Shown: positions 1 to 12,874 of the stretch, in pieces | Position numbering within the stretch: position 1 is the first letter of the stretch | Layout of the letters: each line of letters starts with the position of its first letter | Assembly (NCBI RefSeq): GCF_032062105.1 | Contig: NW_026928590.1 | Span: forward strand, 186,001-250,000 | Direction of reading: 5' to 3' | DNA length: 64,000 nucleotides | Origin: Saccostrea cucullata | Taxonomy: Eukaryota | The notes under the pieces: model-generated | Databases searched by the model: none | The model's input: only the letters and a program-made list of their open reading frames with translations | Told to the model about the DNA's origin: nothing | Made by a program: the position numbers and the translations under genes

Positions 1-753
1 CCTCGAAGCTATAACTGTCTTGGAAAAACTATTGTATATAAAGACAAAATATTATCAACTTTCGTAAAATTTGACATTTTCTGCTTTCATGTTGGCATGC
101 TTTTTACATTTCCGAAATAGTGAGTAACAACCATAAATTGACTGGATGCTAAAAATGGACTTCCAATAAAGTAACCAATCAGAATTGTTAACTTATTTGT
201 ACATTATAATTTTTGTTCACTCGCATTGACGATCGGCGGGAAATTTGAAAATGAATCAATAAAGGGGATTTTTACTTTTATTTGAGCTTTGTTAAAACTG
301 CATTCGTCACTTCCGTAAAATTTTATTCATTGGACATCATCTTCCATTTCACCCATGTTTTCAATATGTGAATTAATGTTAAAAACATATTTTTTTAACA
401 AGGCATTGTTTTACATAGGTACGTGAAGGTATAGGAAACATACATTTTGATCACATGAACAGTGTATTTCATGAACAAATCACATGCATACATTTCGCGA
501 AACAAATTAACATCATACGGAAATCACATGAATAAAAAAAATGTTTAACGGGTGTGCATGTAATATAATTATGTTAGTCAACACGTATGTTAAAATGTAT
601 GAGTCACGCATGACATTAATTCATCTGTGTTAAAACGTATCTTTAACATACATGGTAATTAAATTATGTTTAATGTACTTGTGCATACGCTTGACGTATG
701 TGACACGTAAGTGGCACATTTTGCTGTGTACATGCTGTTCATTTTAACAACAG

Positions 754-1095
754 AATCGAAGATTTCAACAAGATCAACAAAAACTATGACTTTGGCATCA
801 ACTACGACTCCATTATCAAATATATTAACGACACTGGATTTATTTACTCATAAAACCAAACCTGGAATTAAAACAACAATTCCAAAAAGAATTTCAACAA
901 AATCACCAATATCAACAACAGTTACAGGAAAAACAAAAATGTCAACAAAATTTCCGAATTTGATAGCCAGTCAACAAACAACATCAAAAGAGATTATGAG
1001 TGAAGTTTTGAATTCTGCTAAAGCAACATTGCCACAACTGCCTTCAACAGAGATTTCTAGATCCTCAAAAAAGACACGTGTTGTTATAACTACTG
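754..1095 (+). CDS. Thr/Ser-rich mucin-like stalk exon of type-I membrane protein (receptor copy 1; 5' exons lie upstream of the window)
   Basis: CAG acceptor at 751-753, GTAAGT donor at 1096; 342 nt, phase 1-1; reads ESKISTRSTKTMTLAST...RVVITT; homologous to exons at 56913-57291, ~45190-46463 and 61149-61472. Confidence 0.7.
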
Positions 1096-1259
1096 GTAAG
1101 TATAAAACAGACATGACACAAAATTAATTTTAAAAAAGTAATGTTACAATCCTAAATTAATTTGATTAAATGCTATAAATACATGAAGGATTTTTAAAAC
1201 TGTATGAGTTATTTACAAACAAGTTAAAGAAAGAAGAAAATCAGAAGTGTCGTTTTAAG

Positions 1260-1555
1260 TCATCATTTTGTAAGTTCTAAAATGGATACAATGACCATAT
1301 CAGCAAATACAATCTATCATGAAATCAAATGCCGACTGATGTTTTTCAAACTCATTGTTAAGCCACTGAATTTTCGACGGATCCCCTTTATTTCCCGATC
1401 ATGACAAGGGGCACACGTCTGGTTTGAACGTTCGACAGAGTATTCTCACATACCATGGTACCTGATCCCACATCTGAACCCAAGTTTTAGAGCTCTGCTC
1501 CATACGTTGTATTGTTTAATGAGCTTAGGGGTTGAGTACTGTTCGTTATCTCCAT
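1260..1555 (+). mobile_element. Penelope-like retroelement 3' fragment (degenerate)
   Basis: Similar to the RT C-terminus and tail at 13690-14465 and 44440-44690 (aagttcta...aaatacaatct...cctgatccca). Confidence 0.5.
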
Positions 1556-1775
1556 ATATTTCATGTACAGTATATCTTAATTTATGATGAAATTCCGTAA
1601 ACTGTTATGATATAGAGGTAAAGAATAAAATGCACATTAATATTTATGGTACAATTTTGAATTCTTTATTTACAAAATTAAGTGAGATTCTAACATCTTT
1701 TTAAAAAGATAAAGAGTTTTAAATTTATTAATAAGCATATGTTTGATAAAATAACAGATTTTTTTTATATTTACA

Positions 1776-2924
1776 GTGGCTGCAACGTTATTGTTGACAA
1801 ACCAATCGTGTAGAATCGTTTGTGTAACGTGCGAGATCGTGCGTGTGTCAGATTCAATCGTTTGCGTTTTTAATCGTGCGAGATCGTGCCTTTAGAATCG
1901 TGTAAATTTCGTTTTGTAAGTTTTTATCGGAATGTTATTTGTAAAATAAGCATTTCTCTTGTTTTTTTGTTAATTTATTGATTTAAATCCAAATAAAATG
2001 AATGAAGCGCAATTTACATAATAGAATGCAGAACGAACTAATGCATTATCGCCCGTAAACAAGCAATATAGTAAGTCGTACAAAATATTAAGTTCTCGTC
2101 AAAATGTGATAAACCGTACTTACATCTTTAACGCTTTTTTAAAATCTGAATTTCATTAATATTTACTGCTAATGGTAGTCAAGATAATTTTGAAATCAAT
2201 GCATTGATAATAAATAATATTTTTTACAAATAAATAAACATTTCTCAATGCTTTCATAAATATTTAGACGACATGATTTTTGGAGTTTTTTATTATCTGT
2301 GTTTATCTCTTGAGCTTATTTTTAATTAATCAATTTTAAATTTCTGCAAATAAAAAAAGATAAATAATTGGCATGTTCAATTTTAGAGATTCACGGACAG
2401 TGTATCAATGAATACATACGGATATAATTTGTAATTTAAGTCATTCCATGTTGCCATTTTTTTTTTCAATCGTATCCCCCTTTCTGCATATCATGAAATC
2501 CAATTCAATCAAATTATTATTCGACCCACAAACATGTACATCTAATCTGTCAGAAGAAAAAACCCCGTTTTCTTAGGTCGGAGAATTACCTTAGAAGTAA
2601 TTATTTATAATCTTAAATATTAAGTCTTACATGTATTTAAGCTACATGCAGAAATATCAATTTCCGTTTTTTTTCAAAGTCTATGAAATAATATTGATTT
2701 GATTATCGTATTTCGTTTTGAAAATACCGATTCCTAAATATTTTGAACTATTTCGAGTGAAGAATCGTGCTTTTGACTTAGCAATCGTGTAAGATTGTGT
2801 AACGTGTAGAATTGTGTGCGTGAAAGATCGTTCGTGTAACAGGTTTAATCGTGCGTTAATCGTGCGGAATCGTTCGTGTAACGTGATCGTTCGTGTAAGT
2901 TGTCAACAATAACGTTGCAGCCAC
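1776..2924. mobile_element. MITE / non-autonomous DNA transposon with 25-bp perfect TIRs and subterminal ATCGTG repeats
   Basis: GTGGCTGCAACGTTATTGTTGACAA at 1776-1800 and its exact reverse complement at 2900-2924; ATCGTG/ATCGTT clusters near both ends. Confidence 0.8.
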
Positions 2925-4322
2925 ACCTATTTATGCATTACATGTATGGCATCTTTAGATAAGACATTCATTGTCTTTTTTCAAACAAAGATATAAAAAT
3001 GCTTATATTTTTTTATAATTAGAATTCAGATAAGATAAAAGGCAAAATTACTACTATTTATAAATGTAAAAATTGACGACGTGAAACATAAAAAGAACAA
3101 TAATCATTCTCAAAAGTCCATTTAAAGAATACAATTCAGGAACGCGATCTCCACAAAAATCAGATAATGAAGAGTGAAAGATTAAGCTCACAGATCAAAT
3201 AAATCTTGAAAAATCGAACATACAGACCGTTGGAAACACTAGGGGTGGAATCTGGTGTCAAGGAGGAGTCCTGTATTACTTAAAAACGTATAACTGCACA
3301 ATTCCCTTACTTTATTTTTCGTTAGACTTGATCTAGTTGTTCACAAATAGGATCAATTTGTGTTGACCAATTTACAGTTAATTGATATCTTTTATTGTCA
3401 TGAGTTTACAAGTTTTGAAGACCTGAGTTATAATAATATCATTTTATAATTTTATACGATGATGACAAAAACATGCATAGCCCAAAAATATTTTAAAATA
3501 AAAGCTGATTCAAAATCTGCAATATGTAATCCATCTGAGATAACGGTGAGATTATAAATTTGTAAAATTCTCATTGACCACGACAAATATCGGTGTCTGG
3601 AAAATAAAACGTGACGAAAAGTCTTGTAAAATATCGCGGTTGTATTGTTTAATTTATTTTTTTCATTTAAAAATCAAAAAATATTTTCAATTAAGGTATG
3701 AGTGTGTTTTTGAGTTTATTGATAAAGATGCCGATAAGAAAAGGATAGGATAAACAATAGAAATGGAAACCTTAACAATAAATCTTTGGAATAACCGGGT
3801 ACTAGATTGGACAATTTTTTGGTAACTGATTACTAAAAAAATCGCCCGATCTGGCAACAGTTATAAAAACCATCTTAAAACGGGATTGTTGAAAGCCATT
3901 TAGCTTCAATAACTTGTCAGTAGTCTCTCTTGGTTTGCAAATTGATTATCATTAACGTTAATTATATTCAGCAACAAATCTCTTCACAAAAAAGAGGTGT
4001 CAGATGCTGTAGTGTCTTTTATCAAGAGTTCAATAGGATATGTAGAATCGACATATATAAATCTAAAATGAAGAGTCGACATGTGTAAATCTAAATGTTA
4101 CGTTATGAGTCAAATGATTTGACACCGAGTTCTGAGTTCCTCGAAGCAATGATTTCCTCAGACTTCAAGTAAAATAAGTGGATAAGCGTCTATACTTAAC
4201 CTTTGATTTAACTTTATGGAACCACGTCCTTTATTCTAAGCAGGATTTTTGAAAAGTTAATATTATTTATGTACTCAGTATTACACAAGAGTGTTCAATA
4301 CTTCTCTTGGCTTTGCTTTCAG

Positions 4323-4430
4323 ACCTACAACGTACGATAAATTCAGAAATACCGAACTCGTCAAACACAACGCTGAATGCTGTAACGTCAACAGAAACAA
4401 GCACCTCGTTTGTTCTCAGTCAAGAAATTG
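4323..4430 (+). CDS. Membrane-proximal stalk exon of receptor copy 1
   Basis: tttcag acceptor, GT donor at 4431; 108 nt, phase 1-1; (D)LQRTINSEIPNSSNTTLNAVTSTETSTSFVLSQEI; clear paralogue at 58798-58902. Confidence 0.7.
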
Positions 4431-4736
4431 GTTTGAAAGCTAAAATTCTAAACTATGAACTGTGTTATTAGAAAGATAAGAAAAATCTTACCTTAACACC
4501 TTTTCTGCTGCTTTTTGTTTCATTCATAAAGATACAGTCTGTGCATTCTATGTTAATTACTTTTATAAAAGGATTTTCAATAATATAAAAAAAAACAGAA
4601 ATGAAAAGACCTATCATTTCTATGTTATTAGAAACCTTTTCAAATTATTCAAATACATTAGTTTGATTACAATTGCTGTAATATGACATAATAAATCTAT
4701 GTAAGAAGCGTTATATTTCGTCTATTGTTTATACAG

Positions 4737-4821
4737 TGATTCTGATGGCGGGAATTGGAGTAGTAGAAGTGACGATAATAATTGTTGGTATCCTGGCAGT
4801 CAAGAGATGTAGAAAGCAAAG
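4737..4821 (+). CDS. Transmembrane exon of receptor copy 1
   Basis: atacag acceptor, GTAAGA donor; VILMAGIGVVEVTIIIVGILAV followed by basic stop-transfer KRCRKQR; phase 1 to 2, matching both neighbours. Confidence 0.75.
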
Positions 4822-4963
4822 GTAAGAGGGAACATTCAATCATATTTTTTTCATATAATTAAAAGCGTTGTTGTCAATGTGAGAATAAATGAAAAATATT
4901 GAGTTAATTGATAAAACTGAAAAATGTGTCTATCCGTACTAGGAGTTCTGTTATGTTCTATAG

Positions 4964-5279
4964 AAACAACACGACAAGACACGGTAAAGAAAATGACGGT
5001 CGACCTGTCTCCAGAAAGACAGTCTGTAGTATTGATAACGTATATGCCACGATTCCAGAGGAGGAATTCGATGAGAATCCATATAAAGATCTCTCTGAAG
5101 GGGTGTATGATACCACCTCGAAAAGGCGTTCTCATGTTAATGGTAGCTGGAACGAATATTCCAGAGGAAGTTTTTATTCTCGTTTGTTTCGAAGTTCAAA
5201 AATTATCGAAAGAAGGTCAGTAGAGGAAATGCATCCAATGTTTTCAACATTCCGAGACACGAAAAAGGAAACAAAGTAA
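4964..5279 (+). CDS. Cytoplasmic-tail terminal exon of receptor copy 1, with multiple Tyr motifs
   Basis: ctatag acceptor, phase 2 restores ORF 4908..5279; contains YATI, YKDL, YDTT, YSRG, YSRL; ends in TAA. Confidence 0.72.
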
Positions 5280-8200
5280 TTAGTTTCATCTTGGACAACT
5301 GTTAGGGTGAACAAAGTAAAAATTAAGAGGCTAAAAAAAAACAAGACTTTAAAATTACTATCATAAATTTGTACATGCATTTCTTAAAAATAAGGTAGGG
5401 TTTCAGGAAATATAGTGCCCTGGTTTTCTTATCAAATCTATGGATGTGATGTAAGAAATTAAAACTTCGACTTTTTGAACTGTTGAAATTCCATGCAGAA
5501 GGAATATACATATCGTATTTCTCAGATGACCTACTAAGTACTTATAGTGACGTCTTGAACGTGTGCATTTTCCCATATTCTTTAAAACCTTTTCAGAGGT
5601 CACCATTTTAGTGCATTCTCGTTTAAATAATATGGAGAACATGCATCACCAAAAACATTTTGAGATGTGTGATTTTCAAAAGATTATACACTGTATATCA
5701 TACAAAATGTCGTGAGAAAGAACTTTAGGCAATTGCACTTTATAAAAGGAAATAAAACACAGAAATGAGTCATTTAAATATTTTTTGTTAAATAATTTTT
5801 TAATACATGTATGTACAAAATAAATAACGTTATATTTGCAACATTTTTTTCATAATTTATCACATATACATACTCAACTCAAATTCAAGACACATATTAT
5901 TCAAATTCTCTTTTTTAAAAATACATTTATTTCCAATAACATACAACGAATTTTGAGGCAAAACTTCCTCAGAAGCCGTCGGTTAATACCTCACCTAGGG
6001 TACCAGGAGCTCCCTGGATCGGTATATTTTTCAATATTCAAAAGTTTACAATAGAGAAAAACTAATATTTCATTTTCACAAAAAGACATGATTATTTCAG
6101 TGAAAAAGATTACATATTAAATAGATATATAGATGAAATATCAATTTAATTACAACGTAAATAGAAAAATAAAGATTATAATTCGTCTGCTAACTTTTTA
6201 AAAAGATAGCAGTTAGATTTAACACTTTTTGCACTCTTTGCTATTACATAATATTGATACAAAGACGATTTCAAAAAAATTAACATTGCATTTGCATTTA
6301 CTATTTCGTTTTGCAACCTACATTTCATTTTATATTTATATATTTTGTATTCAAATTCTTTTAATTTTTTTTATTTTTTAATACAAAAATTGATTAAAAA
6401 CCTTTTTGATGATATGATTTTTAAAGCAAAGTAGTTTTCAAGGAATCGATTTTAAATGGAAACTGTGTGCAGTATACCATTTTAATTGTTACATGTATTT
6501 TTTAAATCTTTGTTAACCAGAATCACTCGCCGACGAATCAATGGCAGATCTCTATAGTTTGTACAGTTAATAAGTGAAATATATTTGAAATATAAATGAA
6601 CGTGTGATTATCATATCTGAATATAGATTTGGTTCTTTTAACCTTGTATTTAATCCTTGTACAGGTAAGTCACTACGTACATATGCTGAATCATGCATAT
6701 TTTAATGTACATTTATAATAATTTATTGTCAGGCTTATTGCTAGACTATGCTATCATTTAGAACGGTGTTTTGAAGCGAGGAAATATCTCAAGATAATGG
6801 GAACATTTATTCATATAATATTTGCATATATAAATGTATATTATTTGTGTACATTGTCATACTAAAGTAAATCATAACCAATAGATAGTTTATAACTTTT
6901 TGCAGTCAAGCAAGTATTACAAAATTTCCAAATGTTTCAATATTTTATCCATATGTTAAACTAATATGTATTTCATTTATTGTTTGTCATTATGTAGAAG
7001 GAAGAATTAAAAAAAATAGTTCAACATGCTCGAATTTCATAGAAATTGAAAATACTGATAAAAATTCTCATTTCACAAAATACTCTAAATTTAAACGTGT
7101 ATAAACAATATAATTTCTTCTAGGTTCCTCATTATAATGAATCATATTATATAGGGAAATATCCTATCCAAAATATATTATCAGGAAACATGAATATATG
7201 TTATATATCGAGGATCCCAAAAACAATGCATTTTTTCTGAAACATATTGAGATAAAGAACAGTATTCAAGATCAAATGTCCATAAAACAATAAAAAAATA
7301 GGAGCAAAACAAACGAAATATCAGAGGTTGGATAAGGTGCTATGGAGGAATGAGCATCCTCTGTTGACTAGTCACATCCATCGTGTGCTCCTTTATAAAT
7401 TATAATTAATAATATAATAAAAGGTAAAGGATTTATAAATGGAATCCAATGTGTGCATCTAATTGACTCAGAGAAATCTGTCACTTTTTCTGAATAAAAA
7501 ATGTTTAGAGTTTGCTTAAGTTCTTCATGCCCTTAAAACCTGTTTGTTGATTGAAACGAAACAATATTTAAGGGGGGGGGGCGAATGTGGTTTTCATTGC
7601 GCAGTATTTTGCGCATCATAATAAAATGAATCGTATTTACAGCTCTAAAGCGATTTTTTTAGCTAAATTAATAAATATAAACAAAATTAAGAAATTATAC
7701 AGACTTAAAATGTAAGTACAGTTTTATATAACTGATGTTTAACCATTTTTGCAATTGATTTGTGTCTTTTTGACATGATGAACTGAAGGGGTAATAAAAT
7801 GTTATTAAAGCAAAAGTAATTAACATACGCTCTTGAAATTTATATACCTCATCAAATATTATAGCTTGAACAAAAATTCTATTGTAGTATTGTATAATTT
7901 GCTTTTCCTATATAATTTAGTAAATGTACCTCTATTTTGAGACGGTCCCTCAAAGTACCTGGACGGTAGATTTTAATCCCCCAACCTTGGCATGTGTACT
8001 GACAATATATAAGTTAGATACAGTATAAAAATGAAGAGATTACATAATAAAACTCCAGTCGACCATCTTCAATTCTGTTTCATATTCTATGATTTATTCA
8101 GAATATACTGAAAATGTAATTGTTGCAGGTTTGTCATATTAAATGTGAACAGGTGAACCTTTGGTAGATTTTTACTATCTAAGTTCCAATTTTGTTTTCT

Positions 8201-8544
8201 TTTTGTTTTTCATTTTTATATTTATAAATTCCATTCTATCAAAAATCACCAACCGGATTTTTTTAAACCGTATGATAGCAAAATTCAGCCTGATGTGTGA
8301 CCGTATTTTCTTTTATGAATAGTGATGAAGAGTAGGCGGGTTCTACTATATGTATATACATGTCCGAGGAATCTTCCTTATATGGCTATTGTTATTATGC
8401 CGTCATAGTCGCTTACTGAGAACAAATTTTCGATCCGATGAATGAATCAAAAAACATACTAGTATACTACATTGTAGATGTTTATGTTATCACAGACAGG
8501 TGGTTCAGGTCAATAAAGAAATTACCCATAACATATCATACAAC

Positions 8545-8991
8545 TATGGACTTCAGTGTCGGTCGATATGTGGTTATAATGACTCATGGCAATTGATATT
8601 GAACGAAGACACAGAAAGTGATAGCGACCGAGCCTGCGAGGTCGCTATCATTTTCTGTGTCTGAGGTCGATATCAATTGCCATTGGTCCTTATAATCACA
8701 TATTGACTGTTCACTGAAGTCCATAATAGTTATATTATATAATCACTCAAAGTGAATGCATTGACACAGATCTAACTAAACAGACTTGGCTGTCATTACG
8801 TCACAATGGTTTAAACACGTTTCTAAATATTATGCCTTCACGTTCTACGTAACTTAATGCAACCGCGAACGCTGTGTCGTGCGATATGATTTTCCGCCGA
8901 CGCGCTTTCGCGTCGATATCACAAAAGGAGGAAAATTACGTGACGTCCTTTTAGCCAATGAAAACTACGAAAATAATCTTCTTATATAATA
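8545..8991. mobile_element. Non-autonomous element with a long palindrome (possibly Crypton-like)
   Basis: Imperfect ~180-bp hairpin at 8545-8725 (tatggacttcagtg...gatagcgacc / ggtcgctatc...cactgaagtccata); TTATATAAT repeated at ~8735 and ~8982; family assignment is inference. Confidence 0.5.
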
Positions 8992-9215
8992 CAAGATATT
9001 TCTTTTTATTACATTTCTAACTTTAAACAGCCTTTTTATGCATGACAATTGCCATGGAACCTCAAAGTCTATCGTTTTTGATCAAGCAATGCACATGAAA
9101 TTTGTATTTACTAAAATTGGGGAGAACATGTAGTCATTTACATTAATGAATGGGGTGGGGCCAAATGAAAATCCAATGTGAATCGGATGTAATCATGGTA
9201 CCTCATGGTACCTTT

Positions 9216-9255
<40 letters not shown>

Positions 9256-9585
9256 TGAAATAGTATTCGATTAAGGTACATATATCAGTGATAAGTTGGA
9301 TGCAAAAGTGAGAGAAAAAATTTGTTATTTAATTTTTTGTCAATATAAACGGCACGGTATTTTTCTTCATCCTTATTATACGTATTAGGAAAAAATTGCA
9401 TTTATTTGAAAACCCACCAAAACACAAGTCGTGTAAATTGAGAGGAAAGTTCAGTTAAAAAACACCTGTTAAATTATAGCACATGTATAGAACATTTCAA
9501 TAACAAGGAAATTAACACATTTACGTGTTAGTGTAGTATCTGCTTACTTTATATGCTAGGAAGTAAATACCATGGTATTATAATA

Positions 9586-10426
9586 TACTGACACGCAAAA
9601 GAAACGCAACACCCTACTTTAGGAAGAAATAATTATGTGAGGTGAAGAATTTTGTATCTTAAAATTATGAATATCTTCAATTAGGTAAACATCGCTAATT
9701 TAACGGTTGAAGATTTCCATACCAAAACCGGAAGTCAAGTTTAAGTCTGCTTAACAGAAAACAAAAATTGCGTCTTTAACAAAACATTTGGCAATATTAT
9801 GGTGTTTTAAGGGTATTTTACTGTCCATCATAAGTAATGCAGCAATATTTCAAAAAATAAACTATCCTTTCGTTTCCCGTAACGATGCTAAGGCTACTTG
9901 AAAATAGCTTATGTACGCATTTCAATTGCTCTAGCTGGAAAATTTTAATGTAAAGGTGATGGAGAGTTGCTGAAGTGAAATTTCACTACATTACGCCTAA
10001 ACAAAGTCTTACGTATCATATGCATTCAAGACATTCTTTGTACCGGAAGTCCAAGGATGGCTACACTGCTCTAAGTTAGAGAAAATTCGACCTAATCTTC
10101 TAAAAAAACGGGCATTTAAAAATGCCAAAGAATAATTCTTTCGCTCAGATTTCGATATAAATGAACCTATTTTATCGTAGAAATTCAGCTGCAATTGTTT
10201 TTTAGGGCAGTCTTGCAAGTTTTACTTGAATGGCTGGGAGGGGGGTGTTTAAACAGTCATATTTTACTTAGTAAAGTAAAGTGATAAACATTTAACATTT
10301 TTATCAAATCTCTGATGTTCTGAAAAATGAGTTTAGACTTACTTTATTCGCTTTTGAAAATCATAAGATAAAAATATTAAAACATTTGTAGATTACTGAT
10401 TGTTGCGTTTCTTTTGCGTGTCAGTA
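9586..10426. mobile_element. Tc1/mariner-type MITE, copy 1
   Basis: 25-bp TIR TACTGACACGCAAAAGAAACGCAAC at both ends, flanked by TA; homologous over its length to 48209-49036. Confidence 0.85.
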
Positions 10427-10602
10427 TATAAATGTCCCAAGGATAAGTACATGACCAAGTGCAAATGTCAAATTCGTAGAAAAAAATCTTTGGCTTCATT
10501 TGAATTCTGTAACTGTTATTAAAACATCACTTCATTTAGAATCATAAATGAAGAAGTTGTTATAAAAATAAAATCTCAAATGAAAAAGTAAAACAAAATG
10601 CA

Positions 10603-12612
10603 ACTAGTTCTAATGTAACGGGGACCGTTACAGATGTTCCCCAAACGCTCCCCATGTCCCTTTTTGTGCAAATTTCCTTTAAAACTTTTTTTCAAAATGC
10701 TTAGTATCGCAGGATTTCATAAAAGAATTTTAAAAGTTACAATGATATCACTTTTTTGTCATTAAACGCATTGTTCGCAAACGCACGTGCATGCACATGC
10801 AAGGTGATCATGACATGTTGTCTAAACCATTAACATATCTTTATATTCCAGAAATCAATAAAAAGTCATAAAAATATATATTTTACCGTTTTTTAAACAT
10901 GTTGTTCATTTTACGCATTGCGTGTGCGCATGTGCATGCAAGCTCATCCTTACATTCAATTTTGATAGCAATATCATGTAGGAATCCATAATACCAATGC
11001 ATATTCTAAACTTTATCCTGTTTTGTTAAGAAACAAGAAAGATATAGGCATGTAAAGTTTCAGCCAATCAGATTGCAGCACACATGGATTTATGTGCTTT
11101 CATGATAATTCTTATATATCATGCGGTAGATCTTCATAATATGTGACAAAGTTCAAAATTTCGAAGGATTATGACGTAAAACAAGAAAGATATTGAGACT
11201 TTAGTTTCAGCCAATCAGAGCAAAGCGCACGTGCATGCGCGTAAGATCTTGCAATTTTTACAATGTCATCTTGTCCATACTACTACTATATTCATGCATG
11301 TGAGTTTCAAAAAATTCCATCAAGAAATAGAAAAGTTACGGCTTCATCCATTATCTTGGTAATTTCACATGTTGCACGTGCGCGCTCTTGCCAGCACATG
11401 CGCATATACGTGCTTTCATGAAAATTATTATATATCATACTGTAGATCTTCATATTGTGTGACTAAGTTCAAAATTTCAAAGGATTATGACGAAAAACAA
11501 GAAAGATATTGAGACTTTAGTTTCAGCCAATCAGAGCGAAGTGCACGTGCATGCGCGTGAGATCTTGCTATTTTGACCATGTTAACACGTCTATACTACT
11601 AATATATACTTATATTATGAGTATCAAAGCATATTATCAAAAAATAGAAAAGTTACGGCTGTATCTATTTTTTTGGTCATTTCACGCGTTGCACGTGCGC
11701 GCTCTTGCAAGCACGTGCGCGCAAAATGACTTTCGTTCCGCAAATCTACATAACATGCCTACTGACCCTAAAAAGGTTTCACCGAAGTCGGACGTGTAGT
11801 TTACAAGATCATTCGCGGAAAAGATTTTCCCAGGAAGAAGAAAAATAATAATAACTAGAGCAAAGCTCGTTGCAAAGCAACGAGTAGGTCTTCCGTCCTG
11901 TTCGACCGGAAGTAGCTTTTATTTTTAACAAAAATGAGAAATAACGCCAAAAAATGGGTTGAATCATCTAAAACTATGTTAATTAATGCAAAAATAAGCC
12001 ATTTTTTACTACTTCCGGTTTGACCGGAAGTGACGACGACGGACGGAAAATTAATTTTTATGCTCCCAGAGACATATGTTACCCAAAAACTTCCCAAGCT
12101 CGGCAAAAATACGCGTTTTCCGACCACTTCCGGTTTTGCCGGAAGTGACGACGCTGGACGTATTTTGAAGACGCCAAAAGATTAAGCTTAACATTTTGGA
12201 CAACTTTGCTTCTTTGATGTATTACAAATTCTCGATACGTTTTGAGATATAAAGAAAAAACTTTCGGCCCCTCTAGGCCCTTAATTTTAGGGGCCAGCCC
12301 TTTTTACAAGATATCATTTGAAAGATCTTGGAATTCTACACTTCTTTTGTTCTATATGTTTTAACAAAATATTTCCAGGTAAAAAGCTATCGTAGAAAAG
12401 ATGTTAAAAATTTTGAAATTCGCGATAGGTCTATTTTCGGGCCATAGCGAGCGTCGGCGCTTCGTACTTCCGGTAGTTGTGATATACAAAAGGCACTTCT
12501 CCAAAGTTTGCTCTAGCATCCCTCAAAAATTCACACTTCTATCTTCAATGGTTTTTGAGAACATTGCCGGACAAAGTGACCCTCTAAAATGACAAAATCG
12601 CAGAAATCTCAG

Positions 12613-12643
<31 letters not shown>

Positions 12644-12874
12644 TATATATCTAGATTTTTTGATGTTCTATCATTCCTGAAAGTTTCATGAAAATCGATC
12701 AAGGCGTTTTCGAGAACTCGCGTGCACAAAATATGTAAGAAAAAAAATAATAAAAACTGTGGAAAAGAAACCTAAGAATAACAGAAAGGTCTTCCGCTGA
12801 AGACGGAAGACCTTAATAAGAAGAAGAAACAGAGTAAAAACAATATGTTCCCCAACTTCGTTTGGGGAACATAA
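10603..12874 (-). mobile_element. Helentron-type non-autonomous element (HINE/DINE-like), outer element
   Basis: Minus-strand 5' subTIR+IR ATGTTCCCCAAACG-AAG-TTGGGGAACAT then a microsatellite; 3' subTIR, hairpin TGTAACGG-TCC-CCGTTACA and CTAG end; internal ~315-bp tandem duplication (~11150/~11465). Confidence 0.75.
11854..12815 (-). mobile_element. Helentron-type non-autonomous element nested in the outer element's microsatellite
   Basis: 5' AAGGTCTTCCGTC...GCGGAAGACC; 3' ACGGAAGACC + CTCGTTGC-TTT-GCAACGAG hairpin + CTAG; highly similar reverse complement of 26870-27840. Confidence 0.85.

Noticed and set aside
4851-5223. Alternative ORFs 4851-5135 (-) and 4924-5223 (+)
   Set aside because: Only the 4908-5279 frame is phase-compatible with the TM exon
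6622-6664. Signal-peptide-like exon (IDLVLLTLYLILVQ|GTAAGT)
   Set aside because: No ATG in frame and no convincing downstream exons
9213-9252. Poly-T tract as a retrocopy tail
   Set aside because: No identifiable body or TSD
11855-12127. Similar ORFs at 11855-12127 and 27597-27839
   Set aside because: Chance translations of two copies of the same non-coding element
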